Assembly (NCBI GenBank): GCA_002428665.1
Contig: DIXK01000018.1
Span: 23,224 to 87,223 of the forward strand
Reading direction: 5' to 3'
Origin: Verrucomicrobia subdivision 3 bacterium UBA6082
Lineage (GTDB): Bacteria > Verrucomicrobiota > Verrucomicrobiia > Limisphaerales > UBA8199
Length of the DNA stretch: 64,000 nt
Positions 1 to 8,476 of this stretch are shown one piece after another. The position numbers and the translations under genes are program-made. Position 1 is the first letter of the stretch, and the number at the start of each line of letters is the position of its first letter. Under the pieces are notes generated by a model. It was given only the letters and a program-made list of their open reading frames with translations, had not been told where the DNA came from and did not search any database.

Positions 1-84
1 AGCCGCCGGGCCAGGCTCGGCGGCTTTCAGCACGCCCAGGGACAGACAAAACGAGACCAAAACGACCCAGAAACGATAGTTCAT
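1..84 (-). CDS. 5' end (28 codons) of a secreted-protein gene that runs off the left edge of the window
   Basis: The reverse complement of 1..84 reads ATG AAC TAT CGT TTC TGG ... = MNYRFWVVLVSFCLSLGVLKAAEPGPAA. This is a signal-peptide-like N-terminus, and the frame is open to the window edge. It is too short for the ORF track. Confidence 0.35.
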   Translation of the reverse strand, partial: MNYRFWVVLVSFCLSLGVLKAAEPGPAA

Positions 85-229
85 AAAACCAGCGCCAACC
101 CCGCTCTCACGCGGTGGGTGGCGGCCTGAAAACTAACCGGTTTCCGCCCCCAAAGGCAACCGGCATCGCACGGGCCGCACCTTCTGGCAAGGCGCCCCGG
201 TCGTGTTGCCGTTCCGGTCTGGTTATTCA

Positions 230-329
230 AAAGGAATGCTTGTGATATACATTAGTCACAAAATGATTGCCATTATTAATAGACTAGACATTCTTATATG
301 CAAATCAGCGTATACTCTATTAATAGGTT
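230..329 (+). promoter_or_regulatory. AT-rich putative promoter/operator region upstream of the cytochrome gene
   Basis: A conspicuously AT-rich island in otherwise GC-rich DNA. It has a direct repeat TATTAATAG at 274-282 and 318-326, and a TATACT (-10-like) at 311-316 only 14 nt before the ATG at 330. Confidence 0.3.
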
Positions 330-3300
330 ATGAATGCCATTGTCCGCGGTTTCTGCTCGACCATTCTCTGGATCCTGGCGCTTGCCTGCTGGCTCGGTGC
401 GGTCCCGGCGGGGGCCGCGACCTCCGCTCACCTTTCCATAACCGACTACGCCGGCTCACAGAGCTGCACGGTGTGCCACACCAATGCCGCGCTGGAAGTG
501 ATGGCCACATCACACTGGACGTGGGAGCACACCAACAGTGTGACCGGGCAGGTGCTGGGCAAGAACAACGTGATCAACAACTACTGCATTGCGGTGCCGT
601 CGAATGAGCCGCGCTGCACCAGTTGCCATGTGGGCTGGGGGTATTCGGACAAGAACTTCGACTTTAGCGACGCGACCCGAGTGGATTGCCTGAGCTGCCA
701 CGATACGACCGGCGAATATAAGAAATTTCCGACGGGCTCGGGCTACCCGGTGATGGGTTCACCCAAGGAGTTTCCGGCTGGCAGCGGCAACATTTGGCCG
801 GTGGTGGACCTGGTGAAGGTGGCGCAGAACGTGGGCAAGACCAGCCGGGCGACGTGTGGGTCATGCCACTTCTACGGTGGGGGTGCCGATGCGGTGAAGC
901 ACGGGGATTTGGACTCCTCGATGGGCAACCCGACACGGGACCTGGATGTGCACATGGGTGTGGACGGGGCCAATTTTTCGTGTGCCAAGTGTCACAAAGG
1001 CGACCATCATCAGATCCCGGGGACGCGCTATGCGAAGGACTACACGGACGCGAAGATGTGCGAGAGTTGCCATACCACGACGCCGCATAAGGACAGCAAA
1101 CCGATTATTGATTTGCACACCGAGCGGGTGGCCTGCCAGACGTGTCATATTCCGGAGTTTGCACGGGGAAGCAAGTCGACGAAGATGACGTGGGACTGGT
1201 CGACGGCGGGTGTTATGGGAACCGACGGCAAGCCTTTGGTGGTGAAGAACGAGAAGGGGGAGACGATTTACGACGGGCAGAAGGGGACGTTCACCTGGGA
1301 ACGGGATGTGGTGCCGGAGTATGTGTGGTTTAACGGTGGGGCGACGTATGTGACGCTGGACGACTCGGTGGAGGCGGGGCAGATGGTGTATATCAACCGG
1401 CTGCACGGAGGATTTGATGATCCCAAGTCGAAGATATTCCCGGTGAAGCGGTTTTGGGCGATTCAGCCGTATGATGCGGGGCTGGGGCGTTTGGCGGTGC
1501 CGAACTTGTTCCCGGACAATGCGAGCGATGTGAACGCGTATTGGAAGGCGTATAATTGGACCAATGCGCTGGCGTCGGGGATGGCGTATATGGACCGGCC
1601 GTTCAGTGGCGAGGTGGGGTTTGTGGAGTCGGAGATGTATTGGATCCAGAATCACATGGTGGCGCCCAAGGAGAAGGCTCTCAGTTGCGCCGTCTGCCAT
1701 ACCGAAACCGACGGGCGCCTCGACTTCGCCGCCTTGGGCTACGAGCCCGAGGAAGTGGCCTTTTTGCAGAGCGTGGCGCCTTGGTCTGGTTCCGACCATT
1801 CTGGCCGTTTCGTGATGGGCTATGAAGGCCCGGCTTCCTGCACGAAGTGCCATGACGGCAAGGTCGAAGAAGTCATGAGCAGCGTCCACTACACCTGGCG
1901 CACGCCGAATCCTAAACTGGCATATCCAGGTGGCGGCTCGCACGGCATGGTGGATCGGTTCTGCGCCCTGGTGGGAGCCAGCGCCATGGTGAATTATTAC
2001 GCCGACCTCGGTGATCACAAGGGCTCGAGCGCGTGCGGGAAATGTCACGTGGGGCAGGGGCTGCCGTTTCCGGATCCAGCTACCGGGCTCTTCACTCAGC
2101 ACCAGAAGGATGGCATTGATTGCCTGGTTTGCCATGCCGACACAGATCATTACGACATGACCGGCGACGGCATTTATGATGAGCGGGATGCCGACGCGAC
2201 CCATCGGGCGCTAAAGACCGACTCCGGCACCGGACGGCGTTACTGGTTCCAGGACCGGTCTCTCAAGGCGGCGGAAACTGTCGGCGGCCGGGTGAGTGTC
2301 GAGGCATGCCTGCGCTGTCACGAACACGGGCAGGCGGCTCCGGATTACAAGCGCGGCACGCCTTATAACCCTATGTATGACGACCACGCCGCGGCCGGGT
2401 TGCTCTGCACCGATTGCCATAAAGTAGCCGAACACAAGATGGCTCGAGGCTCACGGGTCAGCGACATGCATGCCTGGGAACGTCAGGATGTGGAAGTCGA
2501 TTGCGTCAATTGCCATGGCCAGAAGCCGCACCCGGAATGGCCCGATAACCCGGCCTATGTTCCCTACAACGAGCACGCCCAGTTCATCTCCTGCGAGGCC
2601 TGCCATATCCCGTGGACGTCAGGCGCTTCGCGGCGGATCTGGGCCTCGACGTTTGGTGTGACCAGTGGCCCGGAAGCCGAGATTCCCAAGCTCGACCCGG
2701 AAACCGGTCTCTATGAGCCGTACAGCGAATACAGTTCAGAATACGCTTCCCGTCCCTCCTATCGCTGGTTCAACGGCAATGTCAGCATGTTGGCCGAACC
2801 GATTCACGACGTGACCGCTTGGGACTTCCGGGTGGCGGGCAAAACGACGCCGGGCGCCCGGATCTATCCGTTCCGGCACATCGTCAGCGGGATGGTCATG
2901 GATCGCCGCGGGTTCGCGTACGATCCAAACTTCAGCACTAACTTCACCATGGCCGCGGCCATGGATGCGATGGCCGGTCCTATGCAGATGATGGGCTTCA
3001 TGCGGCCGGAGGGATTAAATGAGCGGGAGCGGGCGGTGCTCTCGCAGTTCCCGAACCTCCTTAATTTTGACAAGGAGCACTATGTGCGTACCGGGGATGT
3101 GAAAGGGGCGGTGGACATTGGCCTGGGTCGCCTGGCCATGCTCATGAGCGGGCAGGATGCCTTTGGCATGCCGCCGGCCGCCCTGGCGGCTGTGGGGTCC
3201 AATCTTTGGAGCGGCGACGTTTTGGGCCTGGACCTGCCCAACAACCCCGCGGATCCGACCTTCGATCCCGATGCGGGTCCCACGCAGGCCACGGGCTCGT

Positions 3301-3668
3301 TTATCAGCCTAAGTCACGCGATTCGGAGACAGGGCGCCCTAAAATGCGCGGATTGTCACAGCAGTCGGAGTGTCCTGAACTACCAGGCTCTGGGTTATGC
3401 ACCGGAGGTCGGGCAGCATCTGAAGTCGATGTTTGACAAAGTGCAGTTTCTGACTACCACCCGTAAACCCGGCGGGCTCGCGTTGAGGTGGTCCGCCATT
3501 CCCGGTCGCACTTATCAACTCCTGAGTTCGCCGGACCTGTCCTCCGCCACGTGGACGCCGCTCGGAGCGCCAAAGCGAACCATCAATGTTTGGATGGAAC
3601 AGGTGGTTCCGGAAACTGTGTTGACCAACGCATCGCGCATGTTCTTCCGCATCCAGGAAGCACCTTGA
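330..3668 (+). CDS. Secreted hexadecahaem c-type cytochrome: two tandem octahaem (tetrathionate-reductase/Otr-like) modules plus a C-terminal ...FFR beta-sandwich-like tail
   Basis: 1112-aa ORF with a signal peptide (ILWILALACWLGAVPAGAA). I counted 16 CxxCH motifs: CTVCH, CTSCH, CLSCH, CGSCH, CAKCH, CESCH, CQTCH, CAVCH in the first half and CTKCH, CGKCH, CLVCH, CLRCH, CTDCH, CVNCH, CEACH, CADCH in the second. The Otr-family resemblance of the first half is from memory. Confidence 0.9.
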   Translation: MNAIVRGFCSTILWILALACWLGAVPAGAATSAHLSITDYAGSQSCTVCHTNAALEVMATSHWTWEHTNSVTGQVLGKNNVINNYCIAVPSNEPRCTSCHVGWGYSDKNFDFSDATRVDCLSCHDTTGEYKKFPTGSGYPVMGSPKEFPAGSGNIWPVVDLVKVAQNVGKTSRATCGSCHFYGGGADAVKHGDLDSSMGNPTRDLDVHMGVDGANFSCAKCHKGDHHQIPGTRYAKDYTDAKMCESCHTTTPHKDSKPIIDLHTERVACQTCHIPEFARGSKSTKMTWDWSTAGVMGTDGKPLVVKNEKGETIYDGQKGTFTWERDVVPEYVWFNGGATYVTLDDSVEAGQMVYINRLHGGFDDPKSKIFPVKRFWAIQPYDAGLGRLAVPNLFPDNASDVNAYWKAYNWTNALASGMAYMDRPFSGEVGFVESEMYWIQNHMVAPKEKALSCAVCHTETDGRLDFAALGYEPEEVAFLQSVAPWSGSDHSGRFVMGYEGPASCTKCHDGKVEEVMSSVHYTWRTPNPKLAYPGGGSHGMVDRFCALVGASAMVNYYADLGDHKGSSACGKCHVGQGLPFPDPATGLFTQHQKDGIDCLVCHADTDHYDMTGDGIYDERDADATHRALKTDSGTGRRYWFQDRSLKAAETVGGRVSVEACLRCHEHGQAAPDYKRGTPYNPMYDDHAAAGLLCTDCHKVAEHKMARGSRVSDMHAWERQDVEVDCVNCHGQKPHPEWPDNPAYVPYNEHAQFISCEACHIPWTSGASRRIWASTFGVTSGPEAEIPKLDPETGLYEPYSEYSSEYASRPSYRWFNGNVSMLAEPIHDVTAWDFRVAGKTTPGARIYPFRHIVSGMVMDRRGFAYDPNFSTNFTMAAAMDAMAGPMQMMGFMRPEGLNERERAVLSQFPNLLNFDKEHYVRTGDVKGAVDIGLGRLAMLMSGQDAFGMPPAALAAVGSNLWSGDVLGLDLPNNPADPTFDPDAGPTQATGSFISLSHAIRRQGALKCADCHSSRSVLNYQALGYAPEVGQHLKSMFDKVQFLTTTRKPGGLALRWSAIPGRTYQLLSSPDLSSATWTPLGAPKRTINVWMEQVVPETVLTNASRMFFRIQEAP

Positions 3669-3670
3669 AA

Positions 3671-4000
3671 TCAGTGATCCGTCACCGTGGTCTTATACTT
3701 GACCCCTTCGGGAACAGGAACGGCCACGGGCACTATTGTGCCCTCCGTCTCTTCTGTGCGGCGCGTGGAATCGACTGCCACAAATGCCGTGAAGGAGGAG
3801 AGCAGGTCATAATCGAGCGCCACTTGCCTAATGGCCTGCGGTAATTCGGGATCCGGGCGGCGGATTGATTGGGCACTGAGACTGGCAATTTTCATGCGTG
3901 CCCACACGTTGGCGAGGGCAGGCTGCTCGTTCTGAGGCAGCATCGAGACTATATTCGTGTATTTCGTCCGTGCTCGTATGGAAGCGTTTTGCTTTTTCAC
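3671..4000 (-). pseudogene. C-terminal remnant of a VIT/vWA-type protein gene
   Basis: The translation ...LPQNEQPALANVWARMKIASL...IRQVALDYDLLSSFTAFVAVDSTRR... matches the pattern seen at the extreme C-termini of large VIT/von Willebrand A proteins. Only about 100 aa are present, with no N-terminal domains. It overlaps the 3' part of the sigma ORF in another frame. Confidence 0.45.
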
Positions 4001-4280
4001 GGGCTGCAGCGGAAAGATTTCGAACGGGTGCGTAGAGAAAGGTCTTGAATTGGCAGGTGAGCCGGAAACCTGGGCACTTCCTCAGGAAATAGAGGAACGT
4101 TTCCTGCATCACGTCGAGGGCGGCGTCGCTGTCGCCTGTGAAACGCATCGCGAGATTTACAACCCAATCCCGATAACGCCAATATAACGCCTCGAACGCC
4201 TCGTCGTCTCCGCCGTTGATGGCGTCGATCAGTTCGAGGTCCGTGCGCGTCTGCTCCTGCGATTCCGTTTTGTGTCTCAC
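3828..4280 (-). pseudogene. Truncated ECF-type sigma-70 factor (region 2 only; region 4 missing)
   Basis: The first roughly 100 aa show a sigma-70 region 2 pattern (DDEAFEALYWRYRDWVVNLAMRFTGDSDAALDVMQETFLYFL...FKTFLYAPVRN). The remaining roughly 50 aa are low-complexity read-through with no region 4 HTH. Confidence 0.55.
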
Positions 4281-5009
4281 CCTATCAACCGGCTGAAGCG
4301 GTCTTTATTAACTTAAGTGGACAGGGACCCCGAAAAGTTCAGAAAAAACGCCTCAAAGCTCAATGCCGGAGTGGTGTGTCTCACGAAAATTCAAGCCGCC
4401 CCACCGCTGGCATCCTCGCCATACGATACCAGCGCGGTTCGGTACCCATCCAGATCGTCAAGACTCCGCCTTTACGACGGCCGTGCGGTCATCGGCTTGA
4501 AACCCAGCCCACTCGCTCCGCTGACGACGCCAGTGTTGCCCGCCCTCCAAAACCCGCCACCTACGACCACAGCATGGGCAAACAGGATGCGCTTTGAGCA
4601 AAACCCACCGGGTGTGATGGCCGTGTGGTAAAACGGCAAGACGGTCTCCTCCAAGCCTGCAGAGGCCCCGCGCCATCGAAGCCGTAGGATGCGTACATGG
4701 TTATTCGGTCACGTTTTACCACGGCAATCCAGCCAACCCCGCTGAAACCTTGTGATGGGACTCCGGGCAAAAGTACTACGTCAAAAAAGTTCGCAACAGT
4801 CTCGCCAGGGATAAGTTCCACCGGAAAAGCACTTTTCCGGGACCGGAACATCGGACGTCGAACGACCAATGGTGAATGAAAGAGAACCGGAGGGCGGACC
4901 TCTGTCTGCAGTCTCCCGGTCTTCGCGCATCTCGAATCGCGAATCTCAAAGCTGCGTTGCGGCGGGACGCCGCTGGAACTCGCAGGCGAGGACGCCCGCG
5001 CTACGCTAC

Positions 5010-5030
5010 AAGTCCGTAGTCCCATAGTCC
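5010..5030. repeat. Single copy of the 15-nt word GTCCGTAGTCCCATA (plus GTCC)
   Basis: AAGTCCGTAGTCCCATAGTCC is identical to the start of the tandem block at 5326-5363. Both are preceded by a GC-rich GCCCGCGCT segment. Confidence 0.8.
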
Positions 5031-5036
5031 TGCTTG

Positions 5037-5092
5037 TGTCATGAATTGTCCACTCCAGTCACCTCGATGTCATCAATTGTCATGAACTGTCA
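5037..5092. repeat. Three copies of a TGTCAT(G/C)AA(T/C)TGTC word
   Basis: TGTCATGAATTGTC at 5037-5050. TGTCATCAATTGTC and TGTCATGAACTGTC overlap each other at 5068-5091. Confidence 0.7.
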
Positions 5093-5325
5093 GTAGCGAA
5101 GCGCCTCTTCTGTCTGCTAAATTACCTCCGTTTTTGGGTCCTTTGAACCGGTTGCCCCGTGGTCGCCTGCAGCCGCCACCCGGCTCCGGTCAGGATCCCG
5201 TTCTTTGACATATACGGTTAAATCATTAAGGCAAGGCACCCAGGACCATGCGGCCCGGGGCGCCGGGCGCCGCGCCCCAAAAGCGCGCGCGCCCGCGCTC
5301 GCCCAGCCTCCGTTCGGTGTCGGTT

Positions 5326-5363
5326 AAGTCCGTAGTCCCATAGTCCGTAGTCCCATAGTCCCA
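5326..5363. repeat. Tandem repeat, 15-nt unit GTCCGTAGTCCCATA x about 2.4
   Basis: Read directly: AAGTCCGTAGTCCCATAGTCCGTAGTCCCATAGTCCCA. Confidence 0.85.
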
Positions 5364-5395
5364 TTTGTGGCCTTCAGCCTTTCTCGAATCGGTGC

Positions 5396-5425
5396 AGAAA
5401 AGTGCGGAAAAGTGCGGAAAAGTGC
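5396..5425. repeat. Tandem repeat, 10-nt unit (A/G)GAAAAGTGC x3
   Basis: Read directly: AGAAAAGTGC GGAAAAGTGC GGAAAAGTGC. It is flanked by the 9-bp inverted repeat GGCCTTCAG (5369-5377) / CTGAAGGCC (5444-5452). Confidence 0.85.
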
Positions 5426-5485
5426 AAAGAACTGCCTCGCAGACTGAAGGCCGGAGAAGGGCTATGGCACTCAAGAAAGGCTGTT

Positions 5486-5515
5486 CCCGTGGGATAGGGT
5501 GCGGCATCCCACGGG
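5486..5515. other. Perfect 10-bp stem / 10-nt loop hairpin
   Basis: CCCGTGGGAT-agggtgcggc-ATCCCACGGG. There is no flanking T-run, so it is not a classical terminator. Confidence 0.5.
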
Positions 5516-5582
5516 GTAAAGGATGAAGGGCGGAGGCTAAAGGATTTGAGATTTGGGGGTGGTTGTGGTGGTATTCCCGGCG

Positions 5583-6314
5583 ATGCGGCGTTTCGGCTTC
5601 CTCATAATGTCGGTGATATTCTGCTGGGTTGCGTGTTTGCCCGGGGGAGAACCTACTTTGGTTGGCCGGGATGGTTCTGTGACTGGCTATTTTCCTTGTG
5701 GTAGGAGCGAGAAGCAAAAGGCGGTTTTTCGCTTTGGTTTGCCGTCGATTCCGCCTGAGAGGCAGTGGCGCGAAAACGGTTTGTTGCTTGGCACGTGGGT
5801 TACTAACGGCATTCGTTATACGCAAAGCATCTTCCTGGGCACCTGCAACCTTTCCGGGCTGGGGACCGACCCCAGGAACGCTTCGAACGAGGTCTTGTTC
5901 ATCAACATCAAGGGTGAGAATACCAACACCGAATACACGGAAGCCTCCGCTGGTCTCGCCCTTGAACTGAATGGGGAGCGGCAACGGTTGGAGTTAAAAA
6001 ATGGATTGGTCAGCCGAACCGTCGGTCGTGTATCCCGGACGGTGTGCGCGCTGGAGATTCCTGAAACTGGCGTCAAACAGGCAGAGGGGGAAGTGCTCGA
6101 GTTTCTGGGGAACATGCCTCCTGCGGAAAGGGGATCGATGACTGTCAAAATTTCCCTGGAGCCGCTTGCGGATGAAGCGGCTGCCCAGCGCTTGAGCGAG
6201 CTGGATTTTCAGGACGAGCTGCGCGGTGCCATGGCAGCGATGCGGACCAACGGTGTGGCGGGTAGTCGGGTGTTGAGGTTTGAGCCGGAGCCCAAGCCCG
6301 TCCGGGCCAATTGA
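5583..6314 (+). CDS. Hypothetical exported protein (lipoprotein-like signal)
   Basis: The ORF 5553..6314 is opened by TTG. The internal ATG at 5583 gives MRRFGFLIMSVIFCWVAC..., a lipobox-like signal. The composition is protein-like and no domain was recognised. Confidence 0.5.
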   Translation: MRRFGFLIMSVIFCWVACLPGGEPTLVGRDGSVTGYFPCGRSEKQKAVFRFGLPSIPPERQWRENGLLLGTWVTNGIRYTQSIFLGTCNLSGLGTDPRNASNEVLFINIKGENTNTEYTEASAGLALELNGERQRLELKNGLVSRTVGRVSRTVCALEIPETGVKQAEGEVLEFLGNMPPAERGSMTVKISLEPLADEAAAQRLSELDFQDELRGAMAAMRTNGVAGSRVLRFEPEPKPVRAN

Positions 6315-6363
6315 TATTTCCTCGCGAGCTTCCGGGACTGTATCGGCCTGTTCTATCCATCCA

Positions 6364-8445
6364 TCACCTGGCGCTGACCCGCACGACCGGGGCGCCTTCG
6401 GGAAAGTGACTGGTGAAAAACTCCTGCATCGACCCGGCAAACATGGCGACACGAACGGTTCCCCAGGACTGTTGATCGCCGGTGGCGTAGAAGAGGTAGG
6501 TGTTGCCCTCGTGCTCGAACAAATCGACGTCCGAGTTGTTCACTCCTTCTCCGGGTCCAGCCTCCAGAATGGGGTTGAAAGGGCTGAGATCCCAGGAGAC
6601 CAGGTCGCGGGAGCGAGCCAGGAACGAGATCCACCCGTTGTGCCCCGGCACGGCCGCGTGCAGATAGATGACGTAGTAGTAGGGAGCCACATAACGGAGC
6701 ACGGGACAGGCGCTATACTCGCCACCCGCACCGGTGAAGGTCAGCCCCTCGACTTTGGTCCAGGCAGCCAGGTCTTGCGAGCGGGCAAATTTGAAGCAGA
6801 ACTGCACGGGTTTGTCGGACTCGTACGCTATGAGGTAGCCCTGGTCGTCGCGGCAGACGGAGGCATTGAAGAGGTGCTCACCGTCGGCTTGAGGAATTGC
6901 GAGTTCACGTTTCCAGGTTTTCAGGTCCGCACTCGAAAACCGGTAGATACTTTGGAACCAATCGTGATCGGTGCCTTCGCTGGCGAACACATTTAGCTCG
7001 CGGTCGTTGACGAATGCGTTGGCAAACGAGTGACCCTCGCCGAACCGGGCCACTTCCTGGCCGGTCGCCAGGTCGAGGACATTCAAATACATGCTGCGTT
7101 TGTAAGCATCCGTCTTGTTTTTGGTGTCGTCGCGATAGTTTGCCACCAGCAACGGCCGGCCGTTGAACACCACCGGTGTGTTCTCCATGCCGCGCGGGCC
7201 GAGGGCCACCGAGAGTTTAACCAGGCGCGGTCGAGCGGTCGTGCCTCCGGCCGAGGCGGATGCCTGGAAACGCGCTGGCACGAGGTCGTTGAAAGCCTCT
7301 ACGGGCCAGAAGCGAAGCCGTTCAAAACCTGCGGGCACCGGTTGGCGGTATTGGACATACGCGCGGTTGGTGCCTTTGGTGGTGTGGGAAAACAGCGCAT
7401 CGTTCCGGGCGCCGAGAACCTTGTAGCCCATTACGAGGCAATCTTCAAAATCCACATGGAGGTATTTCGGGTCCAGGTCGCTGTAGACCGCTCCAGTGGC
7501 GGGAGTGCCATGTGGTTGGGAGAAGTTCATGACGATCAACCGGCTGTTCTTGAATAGAACCCGGGTGTATCCCTCAAACCCGGGGTAGCCGACCTGCAAG
7601 GCATTGTCCGGGCCAACCAGCGTGCAGTCATCAAATACGGCATCCGGCGTCGTGGGCATGGATTTATTGTGAGCCCGCACATAGACCGCACCCGCGTCTC
7701 CCCAGACATCCATGCACATGAAGTAGCAACGGCGAAAGACCACTGGCTCACCGGATCGTCCCACATGGGCCATGACGCATCCGCCGGCGAACCGGCCGAG
7801 GCCAACGCAATCTTCCACAATGGCGGAGAACTCCACGCCTGCCTCACAGGTCATGTCCCAACCGACGCCTCCTTCCGATCCGGTGCAATAAAGGCGGCGG
7901 AGGATCCACCGGTCCCAACCTGCCGCGGAATAGGAGGGATCGCACCGCCACGGTCCCCACCAGTCCACGCTCTTGAGCCCGGTCTCGGCGTCGGGGTCCC
8001 CGTCCGGCAGCACCATGAAGGTGGGATTGCCGGTACCGGCGTTGGGATTGGTGCGGACGACAACGCGAGGTGCCCCGGAGTCGATAACCACCCAACCGCT
8101 CGCGCCCGAGCCCAGGCTGCCGTCCCAGTCACCCTCGAGCACGTTGTAGGCGCCAGCGGCACCCTTGTGTTTGGAGTCGAGGTTCGCCTCGGCGTAAGTA
8201 TCGGGTCGCACAATGACACGGTGCCCGCCGAGGTCATTCGGGATGGCATCCAGGGCTGCCTGAATCGTATTGAACGCTGTGTGCCAACTTCGCCCGTCGG
8301 AGTTGTCTCCAAGGCGTGAGACATAGAGTGTCAGCCCGTTGCGGGGACGCTTCGCACTATCCGACGAGTTCTCCGCGCCGTTCATGGGCAGCGCCAGAGT
8401 GGCCAGGAGGAGAAGGCAGACGAGCGATGTTGACCAGGCTTTCAT
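6364..8445 (-). CDS. Secreted two-domain protein: N-terminal right-handed beta-helix (pectate-lyase-like) plus a C-terminal five-bladed beta-propeller glycosidase-like domain
   Basis: 693 aa with a signal peptide (LVCLLLLATLALPMNGA). LYVSRLGDNSDGRSWHTAFNTIQAALDAIP is typical of beta-helix proteins. The C-terminal part has repeated ...DL(K/A/V)xW... blades (SADLKTWK, SQDLAAWTKV, SRDLVSWD). It lies 31 nt downstream of the alpha-galactosidase gene. Confidence 0.8.
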   Translation of the reverse strand: MKAWSTSLVCLLLLATLALPMNGAENSSDSAKRPRNGLTLYVSRLGDNSDGRSWHTAFNTIQAALDAIPNDLGGHRVIVRPDTYAEANLDSKHKGAAGAYNVLEGDWDGSLGSGASGWVVIDSGAPRVVVRTNPNAGTGNPTFMVLPDGDPDAETGLKSVDWWGPWRCDPSYSAAGWDRWILRRLYCTGSEGGVGWDMTCEAGVEFSAIVEDCVGLGRFAGGCVMAHVGRSGEPVVFRRCYFMCMDVWGDAGAVYVRAHNKSMPTTPDAVFDDCTLVGPDNALQVGYPGFEGYTRVLFKNSRLIVMNFSQPHGTPATGAVYSDLDPKYLHVDFEDCLVMGYKVLGARNDALFSHTTKGTNRAYVQYRQPVPAGFERLRFWPVEAFNDLVPARFQASASAGGTTARPRLVKLSVALGPRGMENTPVVFNGRPLLVANYRDDTKNKTDAYKRSMYLNVLDLATGQEVARFGEGHSFANAFVNDRELNVFASEGTDHDWFQSIYRFSSADLKTWKRELAIPQADGEHLFNASVCRDDQGYLIAYESDKPVQFCFKFARSQDLAAWTKVEGLTFTGAGGEYSACPVLRYVAPYYYVIYLHAAVPGHNGWISFLARSRDLVSWDLSPFNPILEAGPGEGVNNSDVDLFEHEGNTYLFYATGDQQSWGTVRVAMFAGSMQEFFTSHFPEGAPVVRVSAR

Positions 8446-8476
8446 AGGGAGGCGGAGTCTCAGGCCTTGAGGTGGA

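Noticed and set aside
861-2204. 447-aa antisense ORF inside the cytochrome gene
   Set aside because: Its composition is Arg/His/Pro/Gly-rich and low in complexity. It is fully embedded opposite a gene with 16 in-frame haem motifs, which makes it a typical shadow ORF of GC-rich DNA.
4458-5025. Possible frameshifted gene remnant on the minus strand. The fragments are ...FPVELIPGETVANFFDVVLLPGVPSQGFSGVGWIAVVKRDRITMYASYGFDG and, in another frame, ...LPFYHTAITPGGF...VVVGGGFWRAGNTGVVSGASGLGFKP.
   Set aside because: The pieces look protein-like, possibly an OMP beta-barrel. However, I could not join them into one frame or assign a family, so I left it unannotated. BLASTX would settle it.
5326-5425. 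CRISPR array?
   Set aside because: The units are only 10-15 nt and directly tandem, with no spacers. No cas genes are in the window.
5226-5984. 252-aa minus-strand ORF spanning the repeat region (contains WDYGTTDYGTTD)
   Set aside because: The peptide repeat is just the translation of the 15-nt DNA word. The rest is low in complexity and overlaps the more plausible plus-strand gene 5583..6314.
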